Shown: positions 19,029-28,486, counted from the stretch's first letter. The stretch is 64,000 nucleotides of DNA from an uncultured Clostridium sp. (GCA_902492325.1 CABULC010000006.1:742-64741), one strand, 5' to 3'. Made by a program: numbers and translations. The notes: generated by a model from the letters alone, not told the origin.

Positions 19029-19337
19029 TTATTCATTTATATTTTTTATTTTCACTAAAGATATACTAGCATAAATTACTAACCAAGCTGCTAAAATAAT
19101 ACTTATACCTTTACAAGTAAATACTATAATCAAGCCAAAAACAATAGACATTATACATAAAGTCTTCAATTTTACTAACTTTTTTTGTAATAAAACAAAC
19201 ATGTCAATCAATAACAAAATATCAATTATATCAAGAATTTTAATTCCAACAGAAGTCAAAGCTAAAAAAACTATTAAAATTATTAAAGAAATATATATTG
19301 TACCAAGTCTATTTTTAATTTTTTGAATATCTACCAT
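19029..19337 (-). CDS. small (102 aa) three-TM membrane protein
   Basis: Strong SD (TAGGAGGG) 8 nt upstream of the ATG. Entirely hydrophobic, with no recognisable family. Confidence 0.45.
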   Translation of the reverse strand: MVDIQKIKNRLGTIYISLIILIVFLALTSVGIKILDIIDILLLIDMFVLLQKKLVKLKTLCIMSIVFGLIIVFTCKGISIILAAWLVIYASISLVKIKNINE

Positions 19338-19419
19338 TATAAAGCCCTCCTATATTACACAATAAATATACCAAAATATATAAATAAATTCTATGTTTTT
19401 TATAAAATCTAATGTAAAA

Positions 19420-19452
19420 TCCCACATTTGTATATTTTAAAGCAATAAAAAA
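19420..19452 (+). repeat. 33-nt direct repeat, copy 2
   Basis: tcccacatttgtatattttaaagcaataaaaaa. Its A-tract doubles as the U-tract of the tRNA-Ala terminator on the minus strand. Confidence 0.7.
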
Positions 19453-19468
19453 GCCCGTTTACACGGAC
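19445..19468 (-). terminator. intrinsic terminator after tRNA-Ala
   Basis: Minus strand: GTCCGT-GTAA-ACGGGC followed by TTTTTTATT. Confidence 0.6.
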
Positions 19469-19480
19469 ATTAATTTCTAA

Positions 19481-19557
19481 TGGTGGAGAATGTGGGACTT
19501 GAACCCGCGACCCCCTGCGTGCAAGGCAGATGCTCTAGCCAACTGAGCTAATTCCCC
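19481..19557 (-). tRNA. tRNA-Ala (anticodon UGC), CCA encoded
   Basis: Manual cloverleaf: acceptor GGGGAAT/ATTCTCC with the G3:U70 Ala identity pair; D arm GCTC-AGTTGGCTA-GAGC; anticodon loop CTTGCAC; T loop TTCAAGT. There is one C50-A64 mismatch in the T stem. Confidence 0.88.
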
Positions 19558-19592
19558 ATTAGGTAGGCACTTGATAACAATCAAGCGTATTA

Positions 19593-19622
19593 ATATTATC
19601 ATATAAATTACGAATAAGTCAA
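19593..19622 (-). promoter_or_regulatory. candidate sigma-A promoter for tRNA-Ala
   Basis: Minus strand: TTGACT, 18 nt spacer, TAATAT, about 35 nt upstream of the tRNA 5' end. Confidence 0.4.
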
Positions 19623-19633
19623 GTATTATTTTA

Positions 19634-20572
19634 CTATTTTATTAAAATATTCATAATTTCTAGCGCCAATTTAACATTATCATGCCTTATTATGTTATTT
19701 TCTATCTTAATTAAAGGTTTATTTATATGTTCAATTTTAATATTTTTAGAATCTACTACTACTAAATCCTTTTGTTCTTGTGTCTCATAAATCTTAACTA
19801 TCTCAGGATCTATCTCTTCACTATTAGTAATTAAAGTATCTACTTTTCTCTTACCTAAATATTTATTTAATAGCTTAACATGATTACTTGCTTTAAAGTT
19901 ATCAGTTTCTCCTGGTTGAGTCACAACATTACACACATAGATTATTTTAGCATTAGAGTTGTCTATTGCCTTAACTACATCTTTACATAATAAATTAGGA
20001 ATAATACTAGTATACAAACTACCCATACTAAGTATTATCGCATCAGCATCTTTAATCTTTTCAAGTACTTCAGTATTTGCTTTAGCTTTTTCTTTATAAA
20101 ATACTTTCTTAATCTTTTTAGGACTTAAAGTTATATGATGTTCTCCCTCAATAACTTCTCCATCTTCCATTTCACCCATTAAAGTTACACATTCATCAGT
20201 TAAAGGAAGAACTTCACCTTTCATATTAAGTATTTCACTAATAAGTTTAATTCCTGAAGATAAATTACCACCAATATCAGTTAAAGCAGCAAGTATTAAA
20301 TTACCAACAGTATGACCATCAAAATCACCTTTAGAACTAAATCTATAATTCACAAGTCTTTCAACAATATCTTCAGTTTCTGCTAAAGCAATTAAAACTC
20401 TTCTAATATCTCCTACCGCAGGTATATTAAATTCTTCTCTTATTTTTCCAGTACTCTTTCCATCGTCACAAACACTAACAACAGCTGTAATATCAAATGG
20501 AAATTGTTTAAGTCCCTTTAGTAAAACAGATTGCCCTGTTCCACCACCCAAAACCACTAATTTTTTGTTCAT
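19634..20572 (-). CDS. yvcK: gluconeogenesis factor YvcK (CofD/UPF0052 family)
   Basis: N-terminus VVLGGGTGQSVLLKGLK and CofD-like core GNLILAALTD. Confidence 0.85.
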   Translation of the reverse strand: MNKKLVVLGGGTGQSVLLKGLKQFPFDITAVVSVCDDGKSTGKIREEFNIPAVGDIRRVLIALAETEDIVERLVNYRFSSKGDFDGHTVGNLILAALTDIGGNLSSGIKLISEILNMKGEVLPLTDECVTLMGEMEDGEVIEGEHHITLSPKKIKKVFYKEKAKANTEVLEKIKDADAIILSMGSLYTSIIPNLLCKDVVKAIDNSNAKIIYVCNVVTQPGETDNFKASNHVKLLNKYLGKRKVDTLITNSEEIDPEIVKIYETQEQKDLVVVDSKNIKIEHINKPLIKIENNIIRHDNVKLALEIMNILIK

Positions 20573-20590
20573 ATTTTTCCCTCTGTTAAT

Positions 20591-21034
20591 TTATTTTATT
20601 ATATCGTTCTTCTTCTTATTCTTTTTAGCAAGCTTATAGAATTCATCAATTTTCTTAGCATACTCTTTATATAATCCTTTTTCTCTTAAATCGCTTAAGT
20701 AATCATGTACTTCTTCTAACTTAATAGTACCTAAGAAAAACTCTTGATATCCATCGCCTTCATATACTATTGTACCATACTTTTTATCAATCAAGAAACC
20801 AGGCCTAGATTTATATCCATAGTTTACACTATAAGTCCTTTTAGTTAACACTTCTTTCGCATGAGTTTCAGGAAAATAAGAACCAATAGATTTCTTACTT
20901 GATAACTCAAAAAACAATTTAACTTCACTACCATCAGATAAATACATTTTATTCATTTTAGATATAGGTTTATAAGAATCTAAACCTACAAAATACATTT
21001 TATCTATAGGTACGCATAAATACTCTTTATTCAC
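20591..21034 (-). CDS. hypothetical protein
   Basis: 147-aa ORF with a GTG start and AAGGAG 6 nt upstream. No motif recognised. Confidence 0.4.
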   Translation of the reverse strand: MNKEYLCVPIDKMYFVGLDSYKPISKMNKMYLSDGSEVKLFFELSSKKSIGSYFPETHAKEVLTKRTYSVNYGYKSRPGFLIDKKYGTIVYEGDGYQEFFLGTIKLEEVHDYLSDLREKGLYKEYAKKIDEFYKLAKKNKKKNDIIK

Positions 21035-21047
21035 TTTTTACTCCTTT

Positions 21048-21989
21048 TTATTTATCAACAAAATATGCATAATATTCTTCAAAACAAATATTTTCAGACT
21101 TAATAATATTAGATGCTTCACTACCAACATATCTAAGTCTCCATGTAGAACTTTCAAAACCAGTTATACTACTTTTACCATCAGGAAACCTAAATATAAA
21201 TCCAAATCTATACGCATTATCATAAAGCCATTTATATTCGGGACTTTCTTTTGGTTTATCATATGCTTTATATAATGGAACTATATTAAATGAAAGACCT
21301 GTTTGATATTCAGAATGTCCAGCTCTAGCCGCAACCCTATCAGCTTCACTATAACCATAAGCATTCTTATATCTTTCAAATATTTTTTCTTGATCAGAAT
21401 ATGATCTATAACCATCAGACAATACAAATGTATATCCTTCAGCACTAGCTGCCTCAATCAAAGCAATAATATTATCCATAATACTTTCACTAATTTTAAC
21501 ACCTCTATAAGCATACGCAGATGAAACATCAACAATATCATCAGGTTCATAATCTTTACTTAAACCATAAAGTCTATTAACAAGCATTAATTCACCTTTA
21601 GACACATCAGTTTTCTTAGTATTATCAAACCAATCAACATTAGCTTCAGTATTAATAATAGTAACTATATTTTTATAACTTTCAAGTTTATTCTCTTTTT
21701 TATAATCTAAATACTTAGATAAATTTTTATATATAAAATATTTTTCATCCATAAATTTAACAATATTCTTATCATATTTTAATTCTAAAAGTTTATCTAT
21801 CTCACTATCACTTAATTTACTCTTAATAGTTGTTATTTCATCTTCTTTATATCCGACTAAACCAAGTTTATATTCATAAGTTTGTTTATATTTATAATTA
21901 CTTATTAATTTATATGAACCAAATATAATCGCACTTAAAATAACTATAAATACAAAAAATCTATAATAGTTAAATTTTCTAACAACCAT
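21048..21989 (-). CDS. membrane-anchored D-Ala-D-Ala carboxypeptidase, VanY/peptidase M15B family
   Basis: N-terminal TM. Motifs SDGYRSYSDQ, HSEYQTGL and WRLRYVG match the VanY zinc-binding and catalytic blocks. Confidence 0.75.
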   Translation of the reverse strand: MVVRKFNYYRFFVFIVILSAIIFGSYKLISNYKYKQTYEYKLGLVGYKEDEITTIKSKLSDSEIDKLLELKYDKNIVKFMDEKYFIYKNLSKYLDYKKENKLESYKNIVTIINTEANVDWFDNTKKTDVSKGELMLVNRLYGLSKDYEPDDIVDVSSAYAYRGVKISESIMDNIIALIEAASAEGYTFVLSDGYRSYSDQEKIFERYKNAYGYSEADRVAARAGHSEYQTGLSFNIVPLYKAYDKPKESPEYKWLYDNAYRFGFIFRFPDGKSSITGFESSTWRLRYVGSEASNIIKSENICFEEYYAYFVDK

Positions 21990-22071
21990 TTTCTACTTTC
22001 CTCCATTATAATTATACTAAATTTAAGAATTTTTTTATAGACCCTAGTCATAAATAGACAAAATATTACAA

Positions 22072-22097
22072 ACAAAAAGCAATCATTAAGATTGCTT
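22072..22097 (-). terminator. intrinsic terminator of cysS
   Basis: Minus strand: AAGCAATC-TTAAT-GATTGCTT followed by TTTTGTTTG. Confidence 0.65.
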
Positions 22098-22101
22098 CCA
22101 T

Positions 22102-23502
22102 CTACTTTTTAATTTCAAATGTAGTTCCTTCACGAGTATCTTTAAGTATAACACCCATCTCTAATAATTCATTACGTATTTTATCTGCAAGTTCATAGTT
22201 CTTATTCTTTTTAGCTTCATTTCTCTCTTCTATTTTAGAATTAATAAATTCAGTATCTACTTCACTAGTATTATTAGTTTCAGTAGTAAGTTCAAGTCCT
22301 AAAACTCTATCAAAGTCTTTAATTAATTCGTATTTAGTTAAATCATTTGTTTTTGTTTTTAATACATCATATATTACACTAATTGCATTTGCAGTATTAA
22401 TATCATCTTCTAAGAATGAAACAAACTTATTTTTATATTCATTAAATACTGAAGTTTCAACTTCTCCGTCTTTAGATAGATTTAATACCTTATTTTTAAG
22501 CTTTTTATAAGCATTTTCAGCTCCATCTAATGAACTATAACTAAATGTTAATTGTTTTCTATAATGACTTTGTAAACATAAGAAACGATAACTAAGTGGA
22601 TCATAACCATTTTCAATTAATGTATCTACTGTTAGTGTCTTACCCTTACTTTTACTCATCTTTCCACTTTCATCATTTAAATGTTCAACATGGAACCAAT
22701 ACTTACACCAAGGATGACCTAAGAAACTTTCAGATTGAGCTATTTCATTAGTATGATGAGGGAATATATTATCAACTCCACCACAATGAATATCTAACTT
22801 TTCTCCTAAGTATTTAATACTAATACCAGTACATTCAATATGCCAACCTGGATATCCAAGACCAAATGGACTTTCCCATTTTAAATCTTGACTATCAAAT
22901 TTAGATTTAGTAAACCAAAGAACAAAATCAGCTTTATTTTTCTTATTATTATCAACTTCAACAGTATCTCTTACCCCATCCATTAATTCTTCTTCGTTAT
23001 GATTAGTTAAAACATAATATTGTTTTAGTTTACTAGTATCAAAATATACATTTCCTCCTGCTTCATAAGCATATCCTGTATCTAATAATTTTTGAATTAT
23101 TTTAATATATTCATCAATATTCTCAGTAGCTGGACTAACTATTTCAGGTTTAATAATATTAAGTTTCTTAAAATCCTCAAAGAATATATCAGTATAATAT
23201 TTAGCTATTTCTAATACTGTTTTATGCTCTTTTTGAGCAGCAGTAACCATCTTATCATTACCAGTATCAGAATCACTAGATAAATGACCTACATCTGTAA
23301 TATTCATACATCGTTTAACATCATACCCTAAATATCTTAATGTACGTTCTAAGATATCTTCCATTATATAAGTTCTTAAGTTACCAATATGTGCAAAATG
23401 ATAGACAGTAGGTCCACATGTATACATATTAACAACTTTACCATTCCAAGGAATAAATTCCTCTTCACTATGACTTAAAGTATTATAAATCTTTAATGAC
23501 AT
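22102..23502 (-). CDS. cysS: cysteine--tRNA ligase
   Basis: HIGN (HIGH) and KMSKS motifs, a CysRS zinc-site Cys at CGPT, and a C-terminal anticodon-binding/DALR region. Confidence 0.93.
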   Translation of the reverse strand: MSLKIYNTLSHSEEEFIPWNGKVVNMYTCGPTVYHFAHIGNLRTYIMEDILERTLRYLGYDVKRCMNITDVGHLSSDSDTGNDKMVTAAQKEHKTVLEIAKYYTDIFFEDFKKLNIIKPEIVSPATENIDEYIKIIQKLLDTGYAYEAGGNVYFDTSKLKQYYVLTNHNEEELMDGVRDTVEVDNNKKNKADFVLWFTKSKFDSQDLKWESPFGLGYPGWHIECTGISIKYLGEKLDIHCGGVDNIFPHHTNEIAQSESFLGHPWCKYWFHVEHLNDESGKMSKSKGKTLTVDTLIENGYDPLSYRFLCLQSHYRKQLTFSYSSLDGAENAYKKLKNKVLNLSKDGEVETSVFNEYKNKFVSFLEDDINTANAISVIYDVLKTKTNDLTKYELIKDFDRVLGLELTTETNNTSEVDTEFINSKIEERNEAKKNKNYELADKIRNELLEMGVILKDTREGTTFEIKK

Positions 23503-23561
23503 ATGCTATTACACCTCTTTCTTTAAAATAAATTCTATCACATTTTATGATTTATTAAAAT

Positions 23562-23588
23562 AAAAAAGATTGAAAATCAATCTTTTTT
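23562..23588 (-). terminator. intrinsic terminator after pilin-LRR gene 2
   Basis: aaaaagattga-loop-tcaatcttttt. Near-identical to the hairpin at 25100..25126. Confidence 0.65.
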
Positions 23589-23608
23589 ATCTATTTAACA
23601 ATGAAATA

Positions 23609-25054
23609 TTAATTTTCTTTTAAGGTTAAATATCCTGTACTAGATGTATTAGCATTTGTCTTATCTAATTTAGTCGAATCATAATTTCTTAATAAAGTAC
23701 TACCTTTAAACATATTAGCTGTATTACCCATTTTAGTAGTAACCCAATTATTATTAACATATATAACTTTTAATTTAGGAGATTCAGCAAAAGTTAAATC
23801 CGCTCTTGTTACATTTTGTGTTGTAAATTTACCACTTAAATCTATTTCTTCTAAATTTGGTGTACTCATAAACATATGATCAATTCTAGTAACTTTACTT
23901 GTATCAAGATTACTCAAGTCAGCAGAAGTAATACCACTTCCATAAAACATATAATCCATTCTTAAAAGGCTACTTGTATCAAGACTACTTAAATCAACAT
24001 TTCTTAAATTCTTTGTACCTTCAAACATTCCAGTCATATCAGTTACTTTAGAAGTTTTAAAATTACTTAAATCAATTGACTTTATAGTCTTCATAGAACT
24101 AAATATTCTTTCCATATCAGTTGCTGCTATAGCAAAATTTTCAGGAAATATTATTTCTTCAATATCAGCACCTATAAACATTCTATCCATCATTGTAACT
24201 TTAGAAGTATCAAAATTACTTAAATCTAATTTTTTTACTTTAATATCCCCGAACATTCCACCTAAACTAGTAGCGCTACTTGTATCCAAATTTCTAACAT
24301 CTAAACTATTAGCAGCTATATAACTAAATGCAGCCCAAAAATCAGTTACATGGGATGAGTCAATGTCAGTTATATCAATTGAAGTAGCTTTACTTCCATA
24401 ATAAGTAAATCTCATATTAACTATAGGCTTATCATTTATTGAAGTACACATCTTAGTTGTAACAGGATCAGTTGAATTCTTGTCAGTAAGAATTACTGCC
24501 CATCCATCTTGATCAACATCTTCCCAAGAAGAAAATTGATTTCTTTGATTATATTTATACGTATATTGACCATCAACAAAGGTTGCCCCAGTCGTTAATT
24601 CCCCATCATAAGTACATTTCTTTTCTTTTTTTATAACAGTAGATGCATTACATTCATCAAAATCATATTTTCCCTCAACTATATCTTCCTTTTTTATGTC
24701 ATTAACATCAATTTTATGTCTATACATAACATAATATTGATCATTACCAACTATCATAGATGTTACTTTACCATCACTATTTAATTTAATACAGTATTTT
24801 AGCTTTTCACCAATCATATCAAGTTTAGTATCATCTTCAGAACTAATATATTTAATTTTTTCAGAATTATAATTATTAAACATAACTTTTTTAGGTACTT
24901 CATTATATACTGATTTAGCTTCAGTTAAAAAAGCCTCTTTCTTTGCATTAGTATACATATTTATTACATTAGGTAATGCTATTATCACTAATATTGCTAA
25001 GATGGCAATAACTGCCAACAACTCTACTAATGTAAAACCTTTTTTATTTTTCAT
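23609..25054 (-). CDS. prepilin-type N-terminal domain fused to BspA/DUF285 leucine-rich repeats
   Basis: MKNKKG|FTLVELLAVIAILAIL class III signal (G-FTLxE). This is followed by the GQYTYKY/DGWAVILTDK module, then about 10 DUF285 repeats (LDTSKVT..MF). Confidence 0.75.
   Translation of the reverse strand: MKNKKGFTLVELLAVIAILAILVIIALPNVINMYTNAKKEAFLTEAKSVYNEVPKKVMFNNYNSEKIKYISSEDDTKLDMIGEKLKYCIKLNSDGKVTSMIVGNDQYYVMYRHKIDVNDIKKEDIVEGKYDFDECNASTVIKKEKKCTYDGELTTGATFVDGQYTYKYNQRNQFSSWEDVDQDGWAVILTDKNSTDPVTTKMCTSINDKPIVNMRFTYYGSKATSIDITDIDSSHVTDFWAAFSYIAANSLDVRNLDTSSATSLGGMFGDIKVKKLDLSNFDTSKVTMMDRMFIGADIEEIIFPENFAIAATDMERIFSSMKTIKSIDLSNFKTSKVTDMTGMFEGTKNLRNVDLSSLDTSSLLRMDYMFYGSGITSADLSNLDTSKVTRIDHMFMSTPNLEEIDLSGKFTTQNVTRADLTFAESPKLKVIYVNNNWVTTKMGNTANMFKGSTLLRNYDSTKLDKTNANTSSTGYLTLKEN
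23690..24421 (-). repeat. coding tandem repeats (~24 aa DUF285/LRR units)
   Basis: Periodic motif L(D/S).(F/L)(D/N)TS.VT.M..MF in the translation. Confidence 0.7.
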
Positions 25055-25099
25055 AAAGTCACTCTCCTATCATTAATAATGATAACACAACAACTTCAA

Positions 25100-25126
25100 A
25101 TAAAAAAGATTGATTATTCAATCTTT
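25100..25126 (-). terminator. intrinsic terminator (probably partial) between the two pilin-LRR genes
   Basis: Minus strand: AAAGATTGA-ATAA-TCAATCTTT followed by TTTTATTTG. Confidence 0.6.
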
Positions 25127-25130
25127 ATAT

Positions 25131-27275
25131 CTATTTAACAGTAAATTTAAGTGTACTTGGTATATCAGTCACACTACTATCATTAAATTTATCCGCAGTA
25201 GCTTGATTCTTTGCATATCCAATAGTTGCACTAGAATTATAAAATAATTCACTTAAATCTATAACGTTACTAATATCAAAACTACTCAAATCAATAGTTT
25301 TTACACTGCTTGCCTTAAACATTCCCTTCATTGTAGTTAGCTTAGTTGTATTGAAATTAGTTAATCCTGTAATACTATTTATTTTAGTATTATAATTCCA
25401 TTTATCGCCAAACATATAATTCATATTTGTAACATTACTTGTATCAAAATTACTTACATTCAAATTATCTATTTTAACCCTACTAAACATACTATCCATA
25501 TTAGTTACTTCACTTGTATTAAAGTTATTTAATCCAATTATTTGAGTTAGTTTTTCGCAATTAAACATTCCACTCATATCAGTAACAGAACTAGTATCAA
25601 AACTACTAACATCTAATTTAGAAATATTGCTTCCACCAAACATCAAAGACATATTTGTAACTTTAGACGTATTAAAGCTTTTTATATTTAATGTATCAAT
25701 AGAACTATTTGCAAACATTTCACCCATATTTGTAACATTACTTGTATTAAAATTGCTTAAATCTAGTTTTTTTGTTTTCACGCCCCAAAACATACCATGC
25801 ATATTCGTAACATTACTAGTATCAAAACTGCTCACATCAATATTCTCATCGATTGTTCCAGTAAACATTCTATACATATTAGTAACATTTGAAGTATTAA
25901 ACTTATTTAATCCTTTAATATTCTTAGATAAATTACCATTAAACATGTATGCCATATTAGTGACTTTTGAAGTATCAAAATTAGTTAAATCTAACTGAAT
26001 AGAATTGTTTGAGAACATACTATACATATTCGTTACTTTACTAGTATTAAAATTGGTTAGTCCTCTCACTTCCTTAGCATGAGAGTTATTAAACATATTT
26101 TCTAAAGTAGTAGCATTACTTGTATCAAAATTTGTAAGGTCTACATACTCAACATCAGAAAACATAAACATTGCTCCAAATGAAATAACACTTTTAGTAT
26201 TAAAATTATCAAGACCAATTAATGTTTTTGTTTTAGCCCAACTAAACATATTTGCCATATTTGTAACTTTACCAGTATCAAGTGTACTGACATCAAGTGG
26301 TTCTACATTACTACCAGAAAACATATATTGCATTTTTACAACGTTACTAGTATCAAGTGGTCTTAAATCTAGTTCTGTAACAGCAGCTTTAGAAAACATA
26401 CTATCCATAACAGTCACTTTGCTAGTACTAAAGTATTCTAAATTCAAGCTTGTAGCTTTGCTTTCATTAAACATATTACCCATAGATGTTACATTTTTAG
26501 TATCTAGTTTTTCTAGACCTATTATTTCAGTTGCATAGCTTCCAGCAAACATTGAATTCATATTAACTACATTGCTAGAATTAAAACTACTTATATCAAT
26601 TGAACTTGCATGACTATATCTAAACATTGCATTAGTTGAAACAACTGGTTTATTATTTATTGTAGAACATATTTCGCCACTAGCAGGAGAAGTACTAGAC
26701 TTATCAGTTAACTGTACTCCCCATCCATCTACTCCTAAATATATCCAATCAATTCCTTCATTGTCTTTTAAATTTTTACCTTGTTGTCTATATCTATATG
26801 TATATTGTCCATTTATATATTCTGCACCAGCTATTAATTCACCATCATAATTACATTTGATAACTTCTGGAGCATTAGGATTTGAACCACAATCCCCTTC
26901 TTCTATAATATCAATAGTTAGATCTGAAACATTTTTTATTCCTCCTCTAATGCAATAAGTTCCATTAGTTATTTTATTAATCTTTTTAACGTTACCTTTA
27001 TTATCCAAATCTATATTATACATATATCTCTTTGCATCGATATCAAGCTTATTTAAAGTATTACTAACTCTATTTATTTTTTTACCTTTTATACTTTCAG
27101 ACATATATTTTTTTGCTGTTTCTCTATATATTGATTTTGCTTCTGTTAAAAAGATTTCTTTCTTTGCTCTATTAAACATTTTAATAATATTAGGAAGTGC
27201 TATTATTATTAATATTGCTAAAATAGCTATTACTGCTAGTAACTCAATTAATGTAAAACCTTTTCTTTTTTCCAT
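25131..27275 (-). CDS. prepilin-type N-terminal domain fused to BspA/DUF285 leucine-rich repeats (714 aa)
   Basis: MEKRKG|FTLIELLAVIAILAIL. The GQYTYRY/DGWGVQLTDK module is followed by about 18 repeats of the type NFNTSNVTNM..MF. Confidence 0.75.
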   Translation of the reverse strand: MEKRKGFTLIELLAVIAILAILIIIALPNIIKMFNRAKKEIFLTEAKSIYRETAKKYMSESIKGKKINRVSNTLNKLDIDAKRYMYNIDLDNKGNVKKINKITNGTYCIRGGIKNVSDLTIDIIEEGDCGSNPNAPEVIKCNYDGELIAGAEYINGQYTYRYRQQGKNLKDNEGIDWIYLGVDGWGVQLTDKSSTSPASGEICSTINNKPVVSTNAMFRYSHASSIDISSFNSSNVVNMNSMFAGSYATEIIGLEKLDTKNVTSMGNMFNESKATSLNLEYFSTSKVTVMDSMFSKAAVTELDLRPLDTSNVVKMQYMFSGSNVEPLDVSTLDTGKVTNMANMFSWAKTKTLIGLDNFNTKSVISFGAMFMFSDVEYVDLTNFDTSNATTLENMFNNSHAKEVRGLTNFNTSKVTNMYSMFSNNSIQLDLTNFDTSKVTNMAYMFNGNLSKNIKGLNKFNTSNVTNMYRMFTGTIDENIDVSSFDTSNVTNMHGMFWGVKTKKLDLSNFNTSNVTNMGEMFANSSIDTLNIKSFNTSKVTNMSLMFGGSNISKLDVSSFDTSSVTDMSGMFNCEKLTQIIGLNNFNTSEVTNMDSMFSRVKIDNLNVSNFDTSNVTNMNYMFGDKWNYNTKINSITGLTNFNTTKLTTMKGMFKASSVKTIDLSSFDISNVIDLSELFYNSSATIGYAKNQATADKFNDSSVTDIPSTLKFTVK
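25230..26640 (-). repeat. coding tandem repeats (~24 aa DUF285/LRR units, ~18 copies)
   Basis: Periodic (F/L)(N/D)TS(N/K)VTNM..MF motif. The plus-strand shadow ORF 25627..25998 is a by-product of these repeats. Confidence 0.75.
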
Positions 27276-27292
27276 ACGATACCTCTTATTTT

Positions 27293-27321
27293 ATTATAAT
27301 ATGTCCCCCCTCCCCGGTCAA
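27293..27321 (-). promoter_or_regulatory. candidate sigma-A promoter of the pilin-LRR gene, with a G4-A-G6 tract in the spacer
   Basis: Minus strand: TTGACC-GGGGAGGGGGGACATAT(17)-TATAAT, with the ATG 17 nt after the -10. The leader would be only about 11 nt and begin near the SD AGAGG. Confidence 0.45.
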
Positions 27322-27365
27322 GAAAAAAAGGTGTTCGCACGTGATTCAATTCATAATCTAAGGCA

Positions 27366-27399
27366 TTAAAAAAGAAGTCATTTTTCATAAATAACTTCT
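27366..27399 (-). terminator. intrinsic terminator of recA
   Basis: Minus strand: AGAAGTTATTT-ATGAA-AAATGACTTCT (one G-U pair) followed by TTTTTAATG. Confidence 0.7.
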
Positions 27400-27410
27400 A
27401 TTCATATTAA

Positions 27411-28424
27411 CTACTTCTTTTCTTCCTTTGCTTCATTATTACTAAATAAATGTGTTCTAACTTTTTCTTCAATTTCTTTATAAAGAGCGGGATTATTTTT
27501 TAAGACTAACTTAGCATTTTCTTTTCCTTGACCAATCTTTTCACCTTTATAACTATACCAAGCACCACTCTTATCTAAAATACCTAAGTTAGATGCGATA
27601 TCTATTATTTCACCAGTCTTAGAAATGCCCTCACCATACATAATCTCTACTTCAGCAGTTTTAAATGGAGGAGCAACCTTATTTTTTACAACTTTGATAA
27701 CAGTTTTATTTCCAAGTACATCATTACCTACTTTAATTTGTTCAGCACGTCTAACATCTAATCTAACAGTTGAATAAAACTTTAATGCTCTTCCACCTGG
27801 TGTAGTTTCAGGATTACCAAACATTACTCCAACTTTTTCTCTTAATTGATTTATAAATATACAAATAGTATTTGTTTTATTTACAATGCCACCAAGTTTT
27901 CTTAAAGCTTGTGACATAAGTCTTGCTTGAAGACCAACATGTGAGTCACCCATTTCACCCTCAATTTCAGCTTGAGGAACTAATGCAGCAACTGAATCTA
28001 TAACTATAATACTCATAGCTTCACTTCTAACTAAAGCTTCAACTATCTCAAGAGCTTGTTCTCCAGTATCAGGTTGACTTAATAAAAGTTCATCTGTATC
28101 TACTCCTAACTTCTTAGCATAAACTGGATCTAATGCATGTTCTGCATCTATAAAAGCAGCTCTGCCTCCAGTCTTTTGAACTTCAGCAATTGCATGTAAT
28201 GCGATAGTAGTTTTACCACTTGATTCAGGACCAAATATTTCAATAATTCTTCCCTTTGGATAACCACCTACACCTAATGCTTGATCTAATGCTAAAGAAC
28301 CACTTGATACAACATCTATATTTCTAACACCTTTTTCTCCTAATTTCATTATAGCGCCTTTACCGAATTGTTTTTCGATATCAGCTAATACTTGATCTAA
28401 CGTTTTGTCTTTCTCTTTTTTCAT
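27411..28424 (-). CDS. recA: recombinase RecA
   Basis: GPESSGKTT Walker [10 protein letters not shown] Walker B, L1/L2 loop regions and full-length similarity to RecA. Confidence 0.97.
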   Translation of the reverse strand: MKKEKDKTLDQVLADIEKQFGKGAIMKLGEKGVRNIDVVSSGSLALDQALGVGGYPKGRIIEIFGPESSGKTTIALHAIAEVQKTGGRAAFIDAEHALDPVYAKKLGVDTDELLLSQPDTGEQALEIVEALVRSEAMSIIVIDSVAALVPQAEIEGEMGDSHVGLQARLMSQALRKLGGIVNKTNTICIFINQLREKVGVMFGNPETTPGGRALKFYSTVRLDVRRAEQIKVGNDVLGNKTVIKVVKNKVAPPFKTAEVEIMYGEGISKTGEIIDIASNLGILDKSGAWYSYKGEKIGQGKENAKLVLKNNPALYKEIEEKVRTHLFSNNEAKEEKK

Positions 28425-28447
28425 AAGTTTTCTCCTTTGATAATTTA

Positions 28448-28476
28448 ATTGTAAACTAATTAAATTTCTTTGTCAA
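28448..28476 (-). promoter_or_regulatory. candidate sigma-A promoter of recA
   Basis: Minus strand: TTGACA-17 nt-TACAAT, about 25 nt upstream of the SD AAAGGAG. Confidence 0.55.
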
Positions 28477-28486
28477 CACTTTTTTA

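Noticed and set aside
25627-25998. Plus-strand 123-aa ORF with its own internal repeats (FVTLLV.KL).
   Set aside because: It is the reverse-frame image of the DUF285 repeat array in the minus-strand pilin-LRR gene, so its periodicity is inherited from that gene.
25230-26640. Regular ~72-bp DNA periodicity that could be mistaken for a CRISPR or satellite array.
   Set aside because: The repeats are in frame inside a long ORF, are imperfect at the DNA level, and have no unique spacers or flanking cas genes.
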